Positions 1-13,283 of a DNA stretch of 52,767 nucleotides are shown one piece after another. Position 1 is the stretch's first letter, and each line of letters begins with the position of its first letter. The notes beneath the pieces were generated by a model. It had not been told where the DNA came from and ran no database searches. It saw only the letters and a list, made by a program, of their open reading frames with translations. Location: assembly GCA_000934665.2 (NCBI GenBank), contig KZ538159.1:62001-114767 (forward strand), read 5' to 3'. The stretch comes from Catajapyx aquilonaris (Eukaryota). The translations under genes and the position numbers were made by a program.

Positions 1-184
1 AATGGCGGAAAAGCCTGTGGCTTCGGGAGTTATCGGGGTTGGGAATGAGAGCGGGGGTGGAATTAGGGATTGTTTGGAGTATATTTGGGGTGTGGACGAT
101 GGAGCTTTAAGACTGTACCAATGGTGTGCCAGTAGGTGCCAAAATAATGTGAATCCAAGCATCTGCATGTAATACAGTAATGAA

Positions 185-411
185 TACAGTACTGAACTAG
201 TCAAATCCAATACAGCAGGCCTACTGAACTAGTCAAATCCAATACAGTACTGAACTAGCCAAATCCAATACAGCAGGCCTAATGAACTAGTCAAATCCAA
301 TGCAGTACTGAACTAGTCAAATCCAATACAGTACTGAGCTAGTCAAATCCAATACAGTACTGAACTAGTCAAATCCAATACAGTACTGAGCTAGTCAAAT
401 CCAATACAGTA
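185..411. repeat. 26-bp minisatellite (TACTGAACTAGTCAAATCCAATACAG) x8
   Basis: Eight near-identical units at 190-409. Two junctions carry a CAGGCC insert (216-221, 274-279). Confidence 0.95.
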
Positions 412-577
412 GCTTTAAAAAATCTAACATAATTCTTTCCGGCCACCTCCTAACGGACCGGGTGTAATTCAGATATATTTAGAACTGAAAGGTTACGCCT
501 TGTAATGATGATACCACGCGTCCTCACACAAACAAGCAAAATAAAAAAAATGGCAGCCATTCTTCCCGCATCAAGAG

Positions 578-775
578 TTATCGACAAAGTTGCCAATCGC
601 GTGGGCTGAATTCAGGCGCACTTGTTCCACACTTGAAATGTGGAATAATGAGCTTCAAGGCTGTGGTGTGCACATGGGGTGTAACGACATCACAAGCCAC
701 AAAGGTTGCTTGAATGACACAAGGCGAATAGGGTGGTTGGGGTGGGGGTGTTCGTGACTTCGTGTTGCTGGGCAA
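578..775 (-). pseudogene. LRP-fossil remnant: propeller end plus EGF-like
   Basis: QPPYSPCVIQ...HFKCGT...DWQLC resembles QPxxxxPC...FxCxC...DxxxC. Confidence 0.45.
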
Positions 776-955
776 GAACCCCGACGAGTTACATAAAATG
801 GGTTCGGTAGGGGTTACGTAAATGGGATTTCCATCAGCAATGAGTTTTTTCAGAAATGGTTGGGGTTACGTTACGGATTTGTTCACACTTTACATGCGAT
901 TCGTCTTGATAGCTGCATTCCCTATTCTATAGATGATCAAAGATCATTCATAGCT

Positions 956-1030
956 CTAGAATATTCTGTTGCATGTTTTTAATTCTGGAATATTCTATTG
1001 GATGTTATTAATTCTAGAATATTACATAAT
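956..1030. repeat. 29-bp tandem repeat (about 2.4 copies) carrying GAAnnTTC motifs, in an AT-rich block running to about 1340
   Basis: CT(A/G)GAATATT units start at 956, 985 and 1014; further degenerate AGAATATT copies lie downstream. Confidence 0.6.
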
Positions 1031-3149
1031 TTTTGTGTAATGTTCTAGCGGCTGTTAAGGAATATTTATTAGTTCGAAAATATTTTTCACTACTAGAGTA
1101 TCTTTTCTACAATATTGTAAGCTATTAATCATAGAATATTTCTCATAATTTTTCAAGAATATTTCTTCTTGTAAATTAGCTATTCTGTGTTAGAATCTAG
1201 ATTATCAATTCTGGAATATTTACCAAATCATATTCTAGCTTAAATAGTTGATAATATTATAGATCGCATTCCACATATGAATGATAGAATATCGTAGATT
1301 ATTTAATTCTGGCATAATTTCTGTAGTAACAACCTAGATTATTTGTACCTTTTTTTGTCACCTGTTGCACTTAGAGTAAGTGCTGAATAGTGATATGGCA
1401 ATGATCTGGTATCTGGAACAAGTGGGCTTTTTCAGCGAAGGAACATTGCCTCGTGTGAGTCAGTACGTGCCTTTTGTACTGGCGCCATATGTTAGTTATG
1501 GAAACATACGTTATTTTTCTGATCTATTCAGTGCGATCTATTTTCCTCACGTTGCTCGCACCTGTCAGCCACATTTTATTGGGAAAAAGGGTCACCTCTG
1601 CCTATAGGGTGAACATACAAAAAAATGTGTCGGTCAACATCCTGTGAGTTTGGCAAGTAGTGTATAACTACACATCATCGCCTTACCTTTCTCCTTTCTA
1701 ATTTTGGTCCTGTGACGTTGGGTTTGACGCGTTTCTCTGAAAAACCGCATCCAACGAAGGGCAAACCAAGGGGCCAGTACATAACTACCTTTTTTCCCCC
1801 CGAAAAAAACATTGAACATATGCCATAAATGGATGGTGTCAACATTAAGTTACACAAAAATTCTCACTGACACTTGATGCGTTATGAAACAGACAGGAGG
1901 TGACTTATACAAGGAAAGCGTCATTCCAGGGGTCATTTGTCATTATGCAACCGTAAATGATGGGGGGTCGGAAAGACCCCTGATGTAAAGGTTGCAAAAT
2001 CACATATATCATTAATAAAGGGTATAATTATCATCAGTAATCTGACACCTCGAGCGTAACGCGCATGTATGGATTTTTCAGGTATTTGCTGAGTATTATG
2101 TGGTATTGTCGAGCCATGTGTGCCATACGCAATGACTTGTTTCGAAACGGAATATTTTTTACTTGCTCACACTTGTTATATTTAGTAACCGCTTACATGA
2201 CACATATCTAGTAAATTCACCCGTGCACTGCTTCCCGTACTACCGGATGTCTACAAAAGTGCAGACCACGCCGGATTGGGCAAAAATGGTGACGTTGGTT
2301 CTAATGCGGCGAGAAACTTATGTAAGCAACACGGGTATTGCGCCAATGTTGAATCATCCAAATCATTTTACACCCGTTTTCCCGTTAACCAGACTTTTCT
2401 GGGAAGTGGGGGTACAACAGGGAAGAAGATCGGGTTCCAGGAAAAGGTGGACTTGCGCATTTTACTCGGGCAATTTCTGAAATCGGCATACTCATAGTTT
2501 TCGCGCAAACTAGTACTAGAGCGTAATAGTTTTTTTTTGTAGGTTGAGTGTGCGCGGGGAATGTTAAGGGCGCAGAAGACATTGCGACACAAATTGGCTG
2601 GGCAAAATGTGATATTGTTCGATAACTTTGTTTTTGATCGGTCACGCCTGATAGTTCTGTTGGGAAAGTAAAGGTGGCAGCATGGGGCTGGGGAAAATGT
2701 GGGGAAATGGGGGTTGGCCATCTAGTGGTTGAATGACACACTTTGGGGGTTTGGGTGAATGGCGGGAGATGGCGGGGATTGGCGTTTTACATGTGGGATC
2801 GTATCGAATACCGGTACTGTATTGTTTGTCAATATTTTTGTAGCTATTTAAAAGGGTGAACAATATAATGTTAGTTGAGAATACGTTTGAGTGCTACTGA
2901 AAGTAACTGCTTAAAATAAGCAATTTAGAGCCTGCTATGGCCACATCAGGTCGGCAGGACGTGGCGGACTTTATAAAGATGCAAAAATTCAGGATAAACA
3001 ATTAACTAATAGTGCAAATTTCATAACATTGTATTCTTACATGGAAACGTTAACCAAAATAACATTATCAGCTAGTTCTCTAATAACAACTGAATATTTT
3101 CAATAGTAAGCAACTGGGACATAGTAAGCGATATTTGCAGCAATTAGAC

Positions 3150-3480
3150 TTAACTTGTAACCACGAATGTCAGCATTTAGCACATTGGATGAACCAGCAA
3201 GTCTGCAAGAAACATTGATCTATAACAGGCAAAGGTAGAAAAGAAAGGCCTCCTCTTCACCATGACTTTGATGGAAACAGGTACGTATGATTGATGACAA
3301 GTGGCCTCTTCCATCCGGTTGAAAGGATTAATTCCGTTACATTCCAAACGATGGTCCTTTTATGTGAGTCTCAATTGCACTGGTTTTCCCCGATCCGATT
3401 TGCGAAACAGTTATCTGCTCTTGCAATCAACTACGTCACGAATGACACTAAAGACAGCAAAAAAAGTGCACAGGACTAAG
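3150..3480 (-). pseudogene. LRP-fossil remnant: EGF end plus propeller start
   Basis: DNCF...QCN...FQPDGRG, then EEAFLFY (cf. LxPDGRxC...EAFLLF). Confidence 0.5.
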
Positions 3481-4599
3481 CAATATAATATTATGATGTT
3501 TAATTGTACCAAATTTATTTGTCTATTTGTAACAGGTACATAAGTCATTTCTCATGACCCTACTGGTCCAGCCATGCAGTTGACAAAAATCGTATTATTG
3601 GTCTAGCCTCCCCCAGCGACACCCCCGCATCAACGCCATCTCATGTCAAAACTGCCAACTTCCAAAATTAATCTCGTAGCCTTTCTTACGTAATTCCAAT
3701 AGACTCGACACTATCACTATGCCTAGAGCTACACCCCCACCCAACATAGGGTTACAATTTTCCTTCTTGGTCTCCTCCTTTTCTTCTTCCAGGGGGCAAG
3801 TAACCCGGTGAGAACCGAGGCCGTAAGTGGAATGATTAGCCCCGTGGACTAGCCCTGCTCTAGGCTGTTGGGCGTTGTCATGCGAGGATTCCTAATTGAT
3901 AGGTAGACGCAAGGATCAGAACAGGGAGGGTTTTAAAAGAAATGAGGGTTCCTTTTTCGCGGTGGTGTCTCCCAGGACCACGAACCTACCCGTTTGCCCC
4001 AATTTGAGGAGACAGAAATGGTTTCCGACGTGGAGGAATCCTCAGATGTTATGTAACAGCAAGGGCGATCGCAGCGCTCCACGTGGTCCATCTATTCAGA
4101 CATGCTGTATAGCCACGGAAGGGTGGAAATTTGATAATAACTAGTCCTATTGCCAAATATTAAGGAATAGGAAGGAATTTGTAGCTGTTTCGGGTACAAG
4201 TTTGCTAAATTTGAAAATAAATCGGGAGATAAATTTATTTTCAATTTTAAATAGTATCTACAGGAATGGCCGGTTCGTGACTAAGTTTGTAACAAAGTTG
4301 ACTTTTTTTCTGAGAAAACTGAGAAGCATAAGGTCAAGATGGCTGGCCATGGGAAGGTCTCCAGGCCAACTTGGGAGGAACAGAAAATTCCCAAGAGCAT
4401 TTTTTGGGGGGGAAGGTTCCTTAACTTCACAGTGTTCTGTCGCCTTAGGGCCAAATCAGGAGTGATGGCCTGGTCGGTATAGGGTGTATCACACTTTAAT
4501 TTCGAACCGGAAGGGTGTACAGGGAGCTGGAATGCCCCTCCTTTGTTTTGTCTTTTGTTTCGTTTATGGCACTTTCAAGAGTATGGGAAAAACTCTTTG

Positions 4600-4790
4600 C
4601 AGACATCAGTACAACGTGCAAAAATTTGTAACTTTCCTCATGAGCGCTCATCCGAATCGTATCTCCTTGTCAAACCACTGTAGTTCCTTTCAAAACAACG
4701 TGGGAGCGTGGGCATCGACCCAGAATTATGTCACGGGGTAATTAGGTATTGTCTTATTGGAACAAGCGTTAATGAGCCCTCCCATAATTT
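4600..4790 (-). pseudogene. LRP-fossil remnant: YWTD blade
   Basis: SNKTIPNYPVT*FWVDAH vs consensus PNGLTIDYxxxRLYWVDA. Confidence 0.6.
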
Positions 4791-5259
4791 TTAGGCGGCT
4801 GGATGTAACCTGACACCCCCGTTTCAGTTTTGTGAAGCCATCACTCAACCGTCTCTATTGGTATTCACTTGCCAAAAAAATTGAAAAGACAACACGGGCG
4901 TCTTGTGGACCATTAAAAAAAAAGAGGGTGTCTATCTCCAAAGGGGTGGTTACAAAATACGAAGAAATCGGAGCTGGTTATCACGCAACGTGGTTCCCAC
5001 GAGCAGCGGACACAAACGTAGTGACCTGTCGGTGGGCATCGGCCTTGAAACACTGGTTTTAAACTCATAAACCTATATATTTCCGAAAGGGAATGCAGCT
5101 CCGGAACCCCCTCTGGTACGCAGGGGGTGACCAAATCAAATCATTTAAAAAATTAGTTATATTAGCTACTACGAAATATTAGTTAAATAACTAATGTATT
5201 AACATTATAAAAATTGCAATTTTTTATGTATTTTATAGTAAAAATTAAATTAGGCAGAG

Positions 5260-5423
5260 CAGGGCCGGCGCTACGCGGTTAGCAGGCTATGCATGGCAGG
5301 GGGGCGCCGAAGAAAAGGGGCGCCGCCCCGGGCGCGGAGCACTTCATTCACCTAAGCTCGTGTGACCTTGAACCCCCAAAAAATTTTCGCCTGCGGCGGG
5401 CTTCCTCTCCAGAACCGGGCCTG
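5260..5423. mobile_element. 164-bp non-autonomous hAT-like MITE
   Basis: Termini CAGGGCCGG / CCGGGCCTG (8/9 inverted match). Flanking 8-bp near-TSD: AGGCAGAG (5252-5259) and AGGAAGAG (5424-5431). Confidence 0.65.
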
Positions 5424-5539
5424 AGGAAGAGGTTAGTGGCGTCTGGTTTCTATTAGGAGATATTATCATCGTCATCTTAAATATTATTTAAGATGGCGAT
5501 GATTTGGAAGACCCTAATGAGCTGGGGCCATACAGCTCT

Positions 5540-5998
5540 TGAGCCTGAAAATGTTTTGAGGGGAAGAGCCATGTTCGTAACCCCAGTCATTAGGAGGCAC
5601 TTGTGGCAAACATCTTGGGCTTGAGGGCACGTCTCCCACGGTTCTTCTACCCCTCCTTACAACGGCCCTTTTTTTTCCAAAGAGGGTGCTGTCTGCCCAA
5701 GACCCGCTCCAAGGAGTGCGCCTCGCACGTGGTTAATGCTTTGCCTTATATATCTTCAGTATTTTATTTTTTTTAACATGGCCGTACCTGAGTCGTATCT
5801 ATGGATTTTTTAGAGGGTCATCTTCTTCTTTCTGGGAGGTAACACTTTCCTAAACTGAGATAAGGTCACCCAGGGGTGTAAGAGATGAACCAAACTACGA
5901 GGTAGTAAAGAACGAAGAAGGGCCTCGTTTCGACTGCAACAAGCCAATGGTACACGCAGTTTAGTTTTATGAGGGTTTATCGGAGAAAGGCTGAACAT
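5540..5998 (-). pseudogene. LRP-fossil remnants: YWTD (PRSLV..HP) and EGF (VCHKCLL)
   Basis: RSLLPRSLVHLLHP near 5880-5920; DVCHKCLLMTG near 5582-5614. Confidence 0.45.
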
Positions 5999-6606
5999 GG
6001 TTGGTCAGTGGTCATTTGTATGCTAATATGGTCAGGGTCAAACACTCTCGGACAAAGTTTCAACTTCGTGAATATAAAACCACAGCTATTTATTCTGATG
6101 ATAATAATCAAAATACAGATATTTATTGTAAATGTAATTTTGAGTGAAATTTCGCTCAAAATGAGCGAACCAATTTCTGAAATTATCCGGATGAAGAATG
6201 TCTGGAGTCGATTGGAGTTGACAACAAAAAGCGGCGATTTTTCCCCTTGTCGCGCATAGCACATCGCTTGCGACAGTAATAGTAAAGGGTCGCCATTAGG
6301 AAAACTCGTCACGTCTGACTCGTCATAATTACTTTTCCGGCGAAGAAATGAAAATAGTGAATGGGAAACCCAGCGGTAATTCGAGCCTTTACTCCATTTC
6401 TTTCTTCTTTTAATTTCCTAAGGCGAGTTTTGGGCCCCAGATGTCATCAAAGACTGTATTGCCTTTTTTTTGTCGCTCAGGGCTTGCCGATAGTATCAGG
6501 GGATATTACTGTTCCCAGCGACTAAATTTTTGTTATCGAGTTTACGAGTTTCTTGATCTAGGTCAGTAACTCATAACTTGGAGATATCTTTTTGATATGT
6601 TGATAG

Positions 6607-6658
6607 TACACTCTTAACCATTTACCTTCTCTAGAGAGGGTAAATGGTTAAGAGTGTA
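6607..6658. mobile_element. 52-bp palindromic minimal MITE (TA-CACTCTTAA...TTAAGAGTG-TA)
   Basis: Near-perfect palindrome with one mismatch and TA flanks. The same terminus recurs at 21688-21723. Confidence 0.7.
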
Positions 6659-7227
6659 TAATACTTGGGAGAAAAAATGTTAACCGCCATCATGAATTTT
6701 TCTATATTTCCACAGCCAACCTGCTCAGACTTTATTATTCTCCAGACAAAAGTGTTGGGCCAGAGCAATTTACACCCAGTCTCCAAAATCGTGATACGTT
6801 TTTTGGGGTGNACCTGCTCAGACTTTATTATTCTCCAGACAAAAGTGTTGGGCCAGAGCAATTTACACCCAGTCTCCAAAATCGTGATACGTTTTTTGGG
6901 GTGTAAGCAAGCAGGAAGTGCTTGGTGTCAAATTACAGTTTCACAGATAAATGAATTACATTTTGCTCTTTGTGTACCTAGAGATTTTATTATTGCTAAG
7001 GAATCTGGGAGTGGGAAGATGTAACGGGAAACTAATTCCTTAAAAATTCGGGCCTGCGCGTGGTGGCCATATTGCCATGTGCAATGGTGCCAACAGTAGC
7101 TTCCGAATGCCCCGGATTATTTTTAAAATAAAATCGCTATTTGTGCCCACATTATATTTTTGAATAAATTAAAATCCTGCTAGCCAGGCTTATTGGTGTT
7201 TAATTTTTTTTAAAAAAATTAATGTAC

Positions 7228-7886
7228 CAGTAGTCATATTGACGCTACAAGAGGTACCAGACGGTATTGTTACAAGATGTTACCCTTTGTAAAGGCCAAT
7301 GCCGTACCTCTCAGCAGGTTTCAGCAGTAGTAGGTTGTACGTCAATCACAACCAAGAAAAACCAGTTAGCTGGCCTGTTTATAATTCCCCATTTCTAAGG
7401 AAAGATGGCTATTTTATGCGAAAAAATTACACCCGGTGTAATTATTAGATGCAATATAATCCACCAGGTAAGGCGAACGAACTGGCCTCAGGCCATGTTT
7501 TTTTTTTTTTTAATGTCAGTTTCTGGGAGCATATACGGTTGAATTTTCTCCAGGCATTTTATTATCAAGTCGGGATTTTCTTAAGGCGGTATATGTTTGC
7601 GGAAGAGTCGCGCCCTGGTGAGCAATCCATTACTTAACGACCCTGCGAGGCATGCACATGCAATCATCCTGTCACAGCATCGCTCTATTGATTTCGTGGA
7701 GACTACGGTTGATAGTACTTCTTAGAAAGTTAGTGGCTACCTGCACGGGAGTTCCTGCACATAGTCCTAAGAATTCGGGTAATTATTGGGATGGCAACAA
7801 TGCGGAAGGTGCGTACAGGTTTTGATGGGAGCTACAGTAAGGTATGCGATAACACTTTGACCTCTGTGGGCCAAGCCATTCTCTTT
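7228..7886 (-). pseudogene. LRP-fossil remnants: EGF-like (7741-7886) and last propeller blade (7228-7320)
   Basis: AG/GT-bounded KTCTHL...PC segment; RYGIGLYKG*HLVT...SVNMTTG vs PFGLTLYxDxIYWTD...NKxTG. Confidence 0.5.
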
Positions 7887-8054
7887 CTGTCAATGATAAA
7901 AAAGGGGATGGTTGACTTCTTAATGTACCTCTTAAGATAGTAGCGTACTTTTAAGGTTCGGAAAAAATATGCGAGGAACTGGCAGTAAAATGTCTTACTG
8001 ATTAATTTACTACCGAAAACGTGAACCAGCAGTATTATTTAAAATACGGTATGT

Positions 8055-8149
8055 ATGCCGGGGAAGAATTGCACTCCCTACTTTGCCCATGGCCAGGAGA
8101 AAAGGTCTGGTGTATTTAACGAAGTCAGAAATTACTAAAATTACAGCGG
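8055..8149 (+). mobile_element. Internal fragment of the tRNA-derived SINE family
   Basis: Aligns by eye with 20373-20468 and with the reverse complement of 24061-24137. Confidence 0.85.
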
Positions 8150-8449
8150 GAGTAGTTTTACGTTACAATTTTTGAAATGTAGTTGATTTCCTACCGTTTT
8201 ACTCTTACTTTTGTAATTTCGACAATTTTGTGCTTATCAATTTTGAAATTTTTTATTAAATTTTTAGTTATAATTTTAAATTTTAATGATGTCATATTAC
8301 AGTAGCCTATGCTATAATTTTAAAAATTATATAACTCCCATTACGTGAAATTTTGAATCCATGACCTTTGACCCTTTACCCTCGTAAATCCGGCTTCCCC
8401 ACTTTGGCATTATTTCCAGACGCGCCTTTTCATTGCAGACAACAACAAC

Positions 8450-8640
8450 AACAAAAAAACAAAGCAGTTCCAGTGGTACAGGGTGATTTGTTGCAATAAA
8501 TGTTTTATTGTCCCAATGGCTGGGGCCCAGGAGTGGGTTCTCAGGTGAGATGGAAATTCCGGTCTGCGTGCCAGCAGTCGAGGGGTCAAAGTTCCCCGGA
8601 GTGATTCGGGAACGTTCACGCCTTCTAGCCACTTACCTGC
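8450..8640 (-). pseudogene. LRP-fossil remnant: YWTD blades
   Basis: EGVNVPESL, then (frameshift) GNFDPSTAGTQTGISIS...DNKTFIATNHPVPLEL vs GLxxPEGL...NLYWTDAGTxxIxVS...NRxxLIxxNLxxP. Confidence 0.5.
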
Positions 8641-8651
8641 TACCTGAAGGG

Positions 8652-8682
8652 CAGGGGTCGGCAACCTTTTCATCTAAAGAGT
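8652..8682 (+). mobile_element. Possible hAT/Charlie-like transposon end
   Basis: CAGGGGTCGGCAACCTTTT..AAAGAG resembles hAT-Charlie termini. No matching other end found. Confidence 0.35.
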
Positions 8683-9220
8683 CCTCTATTTTAAAAAAAG
8701 GAGGCAGCAACAATAAAACACAGATATTGTTGGATAAGCATGGCAATGTATTTTTACAAAAAACGTCGTTTATATACGAACATGCAGCCGGAAAACAAAT
8801 CATTTGTGAACACAATATCTACTCGGCAAAGTGGACACGGTATGACCGCTACCTACAATTTTTTAACAAATGACCACCATGTATCAAACAATGCACAGGC
8901 ACTATTTTGACGATATTTCTGGTGCCTTTTTTATTATTTTCCAAAAAAACAAGTTTAATAATATGAGCTGGCTGAATTTAGTCACATAAAACTGGGGGGG
9001 AGAAAAGCCATTCGTTGCAGTGGCTAGAATTTCTTTGGAACGTTTTATTCAGCTCGACAGGCATTGTTGCAGTGTGTATAAAGGTGCTACAATCTCTGGT
9101 CCAATCAAGTGCGCAGTAGCAACGAGTCCACCTGAAGACAAATTACGAGATCTTTTTTTTTTTCTCAGTAAGATTTAAGAGGTAATCGAACTTGGGAAGA
9201 GTTTAAAACCAGATATGGGG

Positions 9221-9478
9221 TTAGCCCACATATACTATAAAGATAGTCATCTGGATGGTCTTGTGACACTTGGGGCTCCCTGCTACTCTATAGTGATTGT
9301 ATGGGGGGTATTGTTCCATTGTTGCGAATGATCCCCAGTAAATTGCACTGTTCCCTGAATCACACGCACATATTTCGTTGCCTGTAACCTTACTTGTAAG
9401 GCAAGTTTTTACCAAACTGGCTAGAAAATGTGCGAGGTTGTGTGTAAACAAAGATTGTGGATTAACAAACAAAGGCAA
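9221..9478 (-). pseudogene. LRP-fossil remnant: EGF end plus propeller start
   Basis: FLASLVKTCL (cf. LxxDGKTC) followed by ICACDSGNSAIYWGS (cf. AxDxDxxxxxIYWSD). Confidence 0.6.
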
Positions 9479-10157
9479 CTGGGGGTCTCATAAATATTGG
9501 AACGAACACTTTTAAGGCTCCATAACAACACATCCAGAGATGAAAGAGGTGAAGTGACAACATCTTCTTCAACACACCATCACATTCACAAGTAGGCCTA
9601 CAAACGTTCTAATTTTGCCCTAATGAACCAACACTGCCCAAGGCTGAGGGTGGGGTCAAAGGCTACTCAACATGCCAGACAACAAACGAAGACACTCTAT
9701 GCACAATATGAGTTGGAATCGAACGAGATATTTTTTTCGCTTTTTTTAAATATTTCTTCTTAGGAAGAACTTGTTAAATGCAAGCAGTTAGGCCTCGTAG
9801 TTATCACATCTAGACTGGTTCGAAAACGTTATACGTGATACCATCACGATTGGTTACATTGTTGGGGAGGTATGCGTGAAGTATGACTTCCAGCCTGAAT
9901 GGCACACTCGAAATACTACGACGTAACGGAAGTAACAACACTAGTAACATCGACAAAAAATGCATATGATCACGGTGATCTCGCTGGATTCCAACCCGTT
10001 TTGAAAAAACAAACAATTTGCTAAAAATTTTTGCCAAGGCACCAGAAACTTGGCAAAAAATTTACACTGGTCTACTGTCGGTATTGTCGTATTGGAACCG
10101 TGTGGATGAGCATACCGGGCGGCATGGAAGTGCCCACCAAGCTGCGGAGGCAAAAGA

Positions 10158-10813
10158 TCACATAACGTGCTTGACGATTTGGAAGCCATACTCGTCTTCG
10201 GGCGGTGGAGTGGTCGACGGGGCTTGCTGTTTGACCTGGGGTTGACCCTTGTTGCTGGGGGGCACCTCACCGGCCAGGGACTTAGACAATGAGCGACGGT
10301 CGCTTTGGTCTGAGAATAAGGAATACAAGTTGCTTCGTTGCTTAGGCTGCTGTTGCTGGGTCTTCTCCAGTCTTTTGCCAATGGCGCGGTCTCGCAGCTT
10401 CCGGAAGATGCCGGTGGGACGAGCCGGCAAGGGAGGGGGCATCGGATCCTTCTTCGGGGTCATCAGTTCGTACATTATCTCCTCGTACACGTGGTAGTCC
10501 GCAGCTGCAGCACCACCCTGCAGGTACGCGGCTCGAGGAGGAGGCTGCTTGGCCACTGCTGCTTCCACCTGGCTCTCTCGGTGCACCTCGACATCACCAA
10601 CCACCGTGGTCGCTGGTGGCTGCTGCGGCGGGTATTCCTCAGGAGACAGCTTCTGGTTCTGGAGATTGTCGATGATTTCCAGCATGCACTGGGCCATTTC
10701 GGTGAATCGGGCCGGTTGGGGCAAGGGCGACGGTGGTGCGTCTCCTGGAGGACGGTGCACCGGACTGGTGGTGTTGCTGTCGCCGCTAGAAGAAGAGTCG
10801 CCGCCCGATCGCT
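10158..10813 (-). CDS. Terminal coding exon of an uncharacterised ~952-aa low-complexity protein
   Basis: Acceptor CTTTTGGCAG (AG at 10815-10814). Phase 1 joins the previous exon in frame (G|AG = Glu). GC-rich, open to TGA at 10160-10158; contains YEEI and PPPLPARP. Confidence 0.9.
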
Positions 10814-11161
10814 CTGCCAAAAGTGCACAAGAGGACCGCGGTTCTGATTACACATGAGTGCTGGTCATCTGTTTTAATCTAACCTAGCCAGCTAAACGCT
10901 TAACCATGCGGACGACAATTAAGCGGGCCACAAAATGTGCTTTGGGAGCCCTCGTAACTTGACTACCATAAATATTCTGTACGGGACATGAATAATTCGA
11001 AAGTGCGATTTTCCCCACCGCAAATATGAGTACTCCAGCGCAAACTTAAAACGCTCATTAGAGTTAATTCAGTGGAAGGCGCCGGAAGCCCCTCAGATTT
11101 TTACTGCTGGTTTACGAGTTGACCCGTCACGACTAATGAACGGAATGAATGACCAACATAC

Positions 11162-13283
11162 CTCTAAGCCTCTTGACCCTGGCCAGGCTGCTTCTGCGGT
11201 AGTTATCCTCAATCATAGTGACGTAGCTGCAAGGCAGATCTCCACCTGCGTCGGCCACTCCGTCCTGGCCTCTCCGTGTGCTGCTACCGTACAAGAAGGT
11301 GTCTATCTCCTCCTCCAGCAGTGGGATGGGCAATGTGGGGTCATCCGGGGAGTAATCCGGAGGGTTACGGAGGTTGGCACAAAGAGGGTCCTTCAGGATG
11401 GGTTTGGATCTGGAGGTGGACGGCGGCAGTGCGGCTGCGGCCTTACCCTGTATCCTGGCTCCTGGTGGTGGGATGGCCAGAGACGAGGGCTGGGCAGGGG
11501 CGGCCCCCAGCATGGCTCGAGCGACGTTGGCGTCCAGACGCGGGTTGAACCGAACCGTCTTGGAGTATCCGGGTGAGCTCTTGGCGCTGCCACCGCTACT
11601 GAAGCAAGGACTTTGGGTACGGGAGTTTGGGTAGCTGGACCGTGGGGGCAACCCGCTTCCTAGGGGGCTGTCGGTCCTGGAGCCTAGGGATGCTGGGCGG
11701 CCCACGGCGGGGCTGATGGTGCGTCGGCTCAGGAGTGGGCTGGAGCTGGGGCTTTTTGGAGATGCTCCGCCGTCCACTCGGGAGCTGGCGCTGGCACTTC
11801 TAGGCCGGAAGTTGTAATCCAGAGGACTCTTGGAGCGAGGCCTCTGGGGACCACCGAAGGCGGTGCTGGAGAATCTGGAGTTGGGGCTTTGGTTTCGAGG
11901 GGAGACGAATCCACCTGGGACGATCTGTTGGGGTGCTAACTGTTGAGGATGCTGAGGAGCCTGCTGGGCCTGTGCCTGTGCCTGCTGCTGCGATTGTTGC
12001 ACTTGCTGAGGCTGCTGGGGCGGTGTCCCTTGTCGTGGGTCAGGGCTCTGGTTACGAGGAGATCGGCGACGAGGGTTGGTCATGGTCACGCTGTCGTATC
12101 GTCGCATGGCGTTTAGGATGGACTGCCGGAGGTGGAGGAGGTGGTCCAAGGTGGAATCATAATAACCGGGATCGGAAGACCTGAGGGGACGCGACGGTCC
12201 AGAAGACATGCCTCTGGTAAGGTACTGGAGCTGTTGCCGGCCGATGACTTTGGTCCCCATCGAAATGCGGGGTTTGGGTCCCAGTCCAGCGGCGCTGGTT
12301 TGGCTTCCCATGCTGGCTTGACTGGCTATAGAGGTTCTTCTGCTGGCACTATCCTGACGAAGACCTAATTCATTACAATAGTAGGTACCGTCTGAAAGGT
12401 CAGGGGTGGGGCAGGAGCTCTTGTATCCGGAATCAATCGAGTTGGACCCGGCGTATCCGATCGAGTCTCTGTCTCCGTCACACATGAGAAGAGCCCTACC
12501 CAACAGCCCTCCAGGAGGGTACAGGGCGTTCCCAGGAAGCTCACTATAGTCATCCGATTCACACATGTCCTCAATGGCACTGATTGTTTCTAAAAGTGGA
12601 TTCACCACGTCTTGGCGTCTACCGCGCCTGTAGCGACCCCGTGTGGGTTTCCGGTACACCAAGCTCATGTCATCTTGAGAGGTCCTGCGGCGTCCACCAC
12701 GACCTACCCGCGAAAAACCCAGCCCCAGCCCCAGACCTAGCTCCAGACCCAACAGCTCCTCCTCCGTGTCCAGCTCTGCATTCAGCCCCAGGTCAGAGCG
12801 CACCATCAAGGGCTGCGGGGTGGACCCAACCATGGGGCTGATGCCCATCCTGCTCTTCACTCCTGATCCGACGCTTCCTACCCTCCTGAATCTGCTTCCT
12901 CTGCCAGGATTGGCCGGAATCTGCGTTCCCGACGCTGGCAACATTGGTACCGACATGTCACCCTGCTGTCCTTCGTTCATACCGGTACCTGAAGCACTAG
13001 CACTAGGGGAAACTACTCTGGCAGCGACCTCTGTGGCGGTGGCCCCAGCGCTCTCTGCCTCAATATGGTTGCCCTCACCCTCGGCCGTGTCACCATCACA
13101 AAGTTCACCCTTGGAAGCATCCTCATCACGCTGTTCAGCACCTGGACTAGTGGCAGCCTCAGGGACGTCCCTGCCCCCAGGCCCTCTTCCAAATGTGGTG
13201 TGATTATCCAAAAACTCTTCGAAGGTCGCATACATGTGCCATATCTGCCGGGTAAAGTCGTCTCCCTGGATGGAGAGCTCCGC
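11162..13283 (-). CDS. Large internal coding exon (2122 bp) of the same gene; S/P/G/R/Q-rich, probably disordered
   Basis: Lies within the 738-aa ORF. Acceptor TTTCTGGTTTCTTTACAG before 13283 (phase 0); donor AG|GTATGT after 11162 (phase 1); strongly GC-rich. Confidence 0.92.

Noticed and set aside
185..411. CRISPR-like appearance of the 26-bp repeats
   Set aside because: Units abut with no unique spacers, there are no cas genes, and the context is eukaryotic.
6719..6903. Exact 92-bp direct repeat and the ORFs 6631-6879 and 6665-7024
   Set aside because: The two copies are separated by a single N, which indicates an unmerged contig overlap (assembly artefact).
10700..10760. APPSP as an LRP5/6 PPPSP tail motif linking the intact gene to the LRP fossil
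   Set aside because: Single imperfect match, no transmembrane segment, and LRP ectodomain remnants continue downstream.
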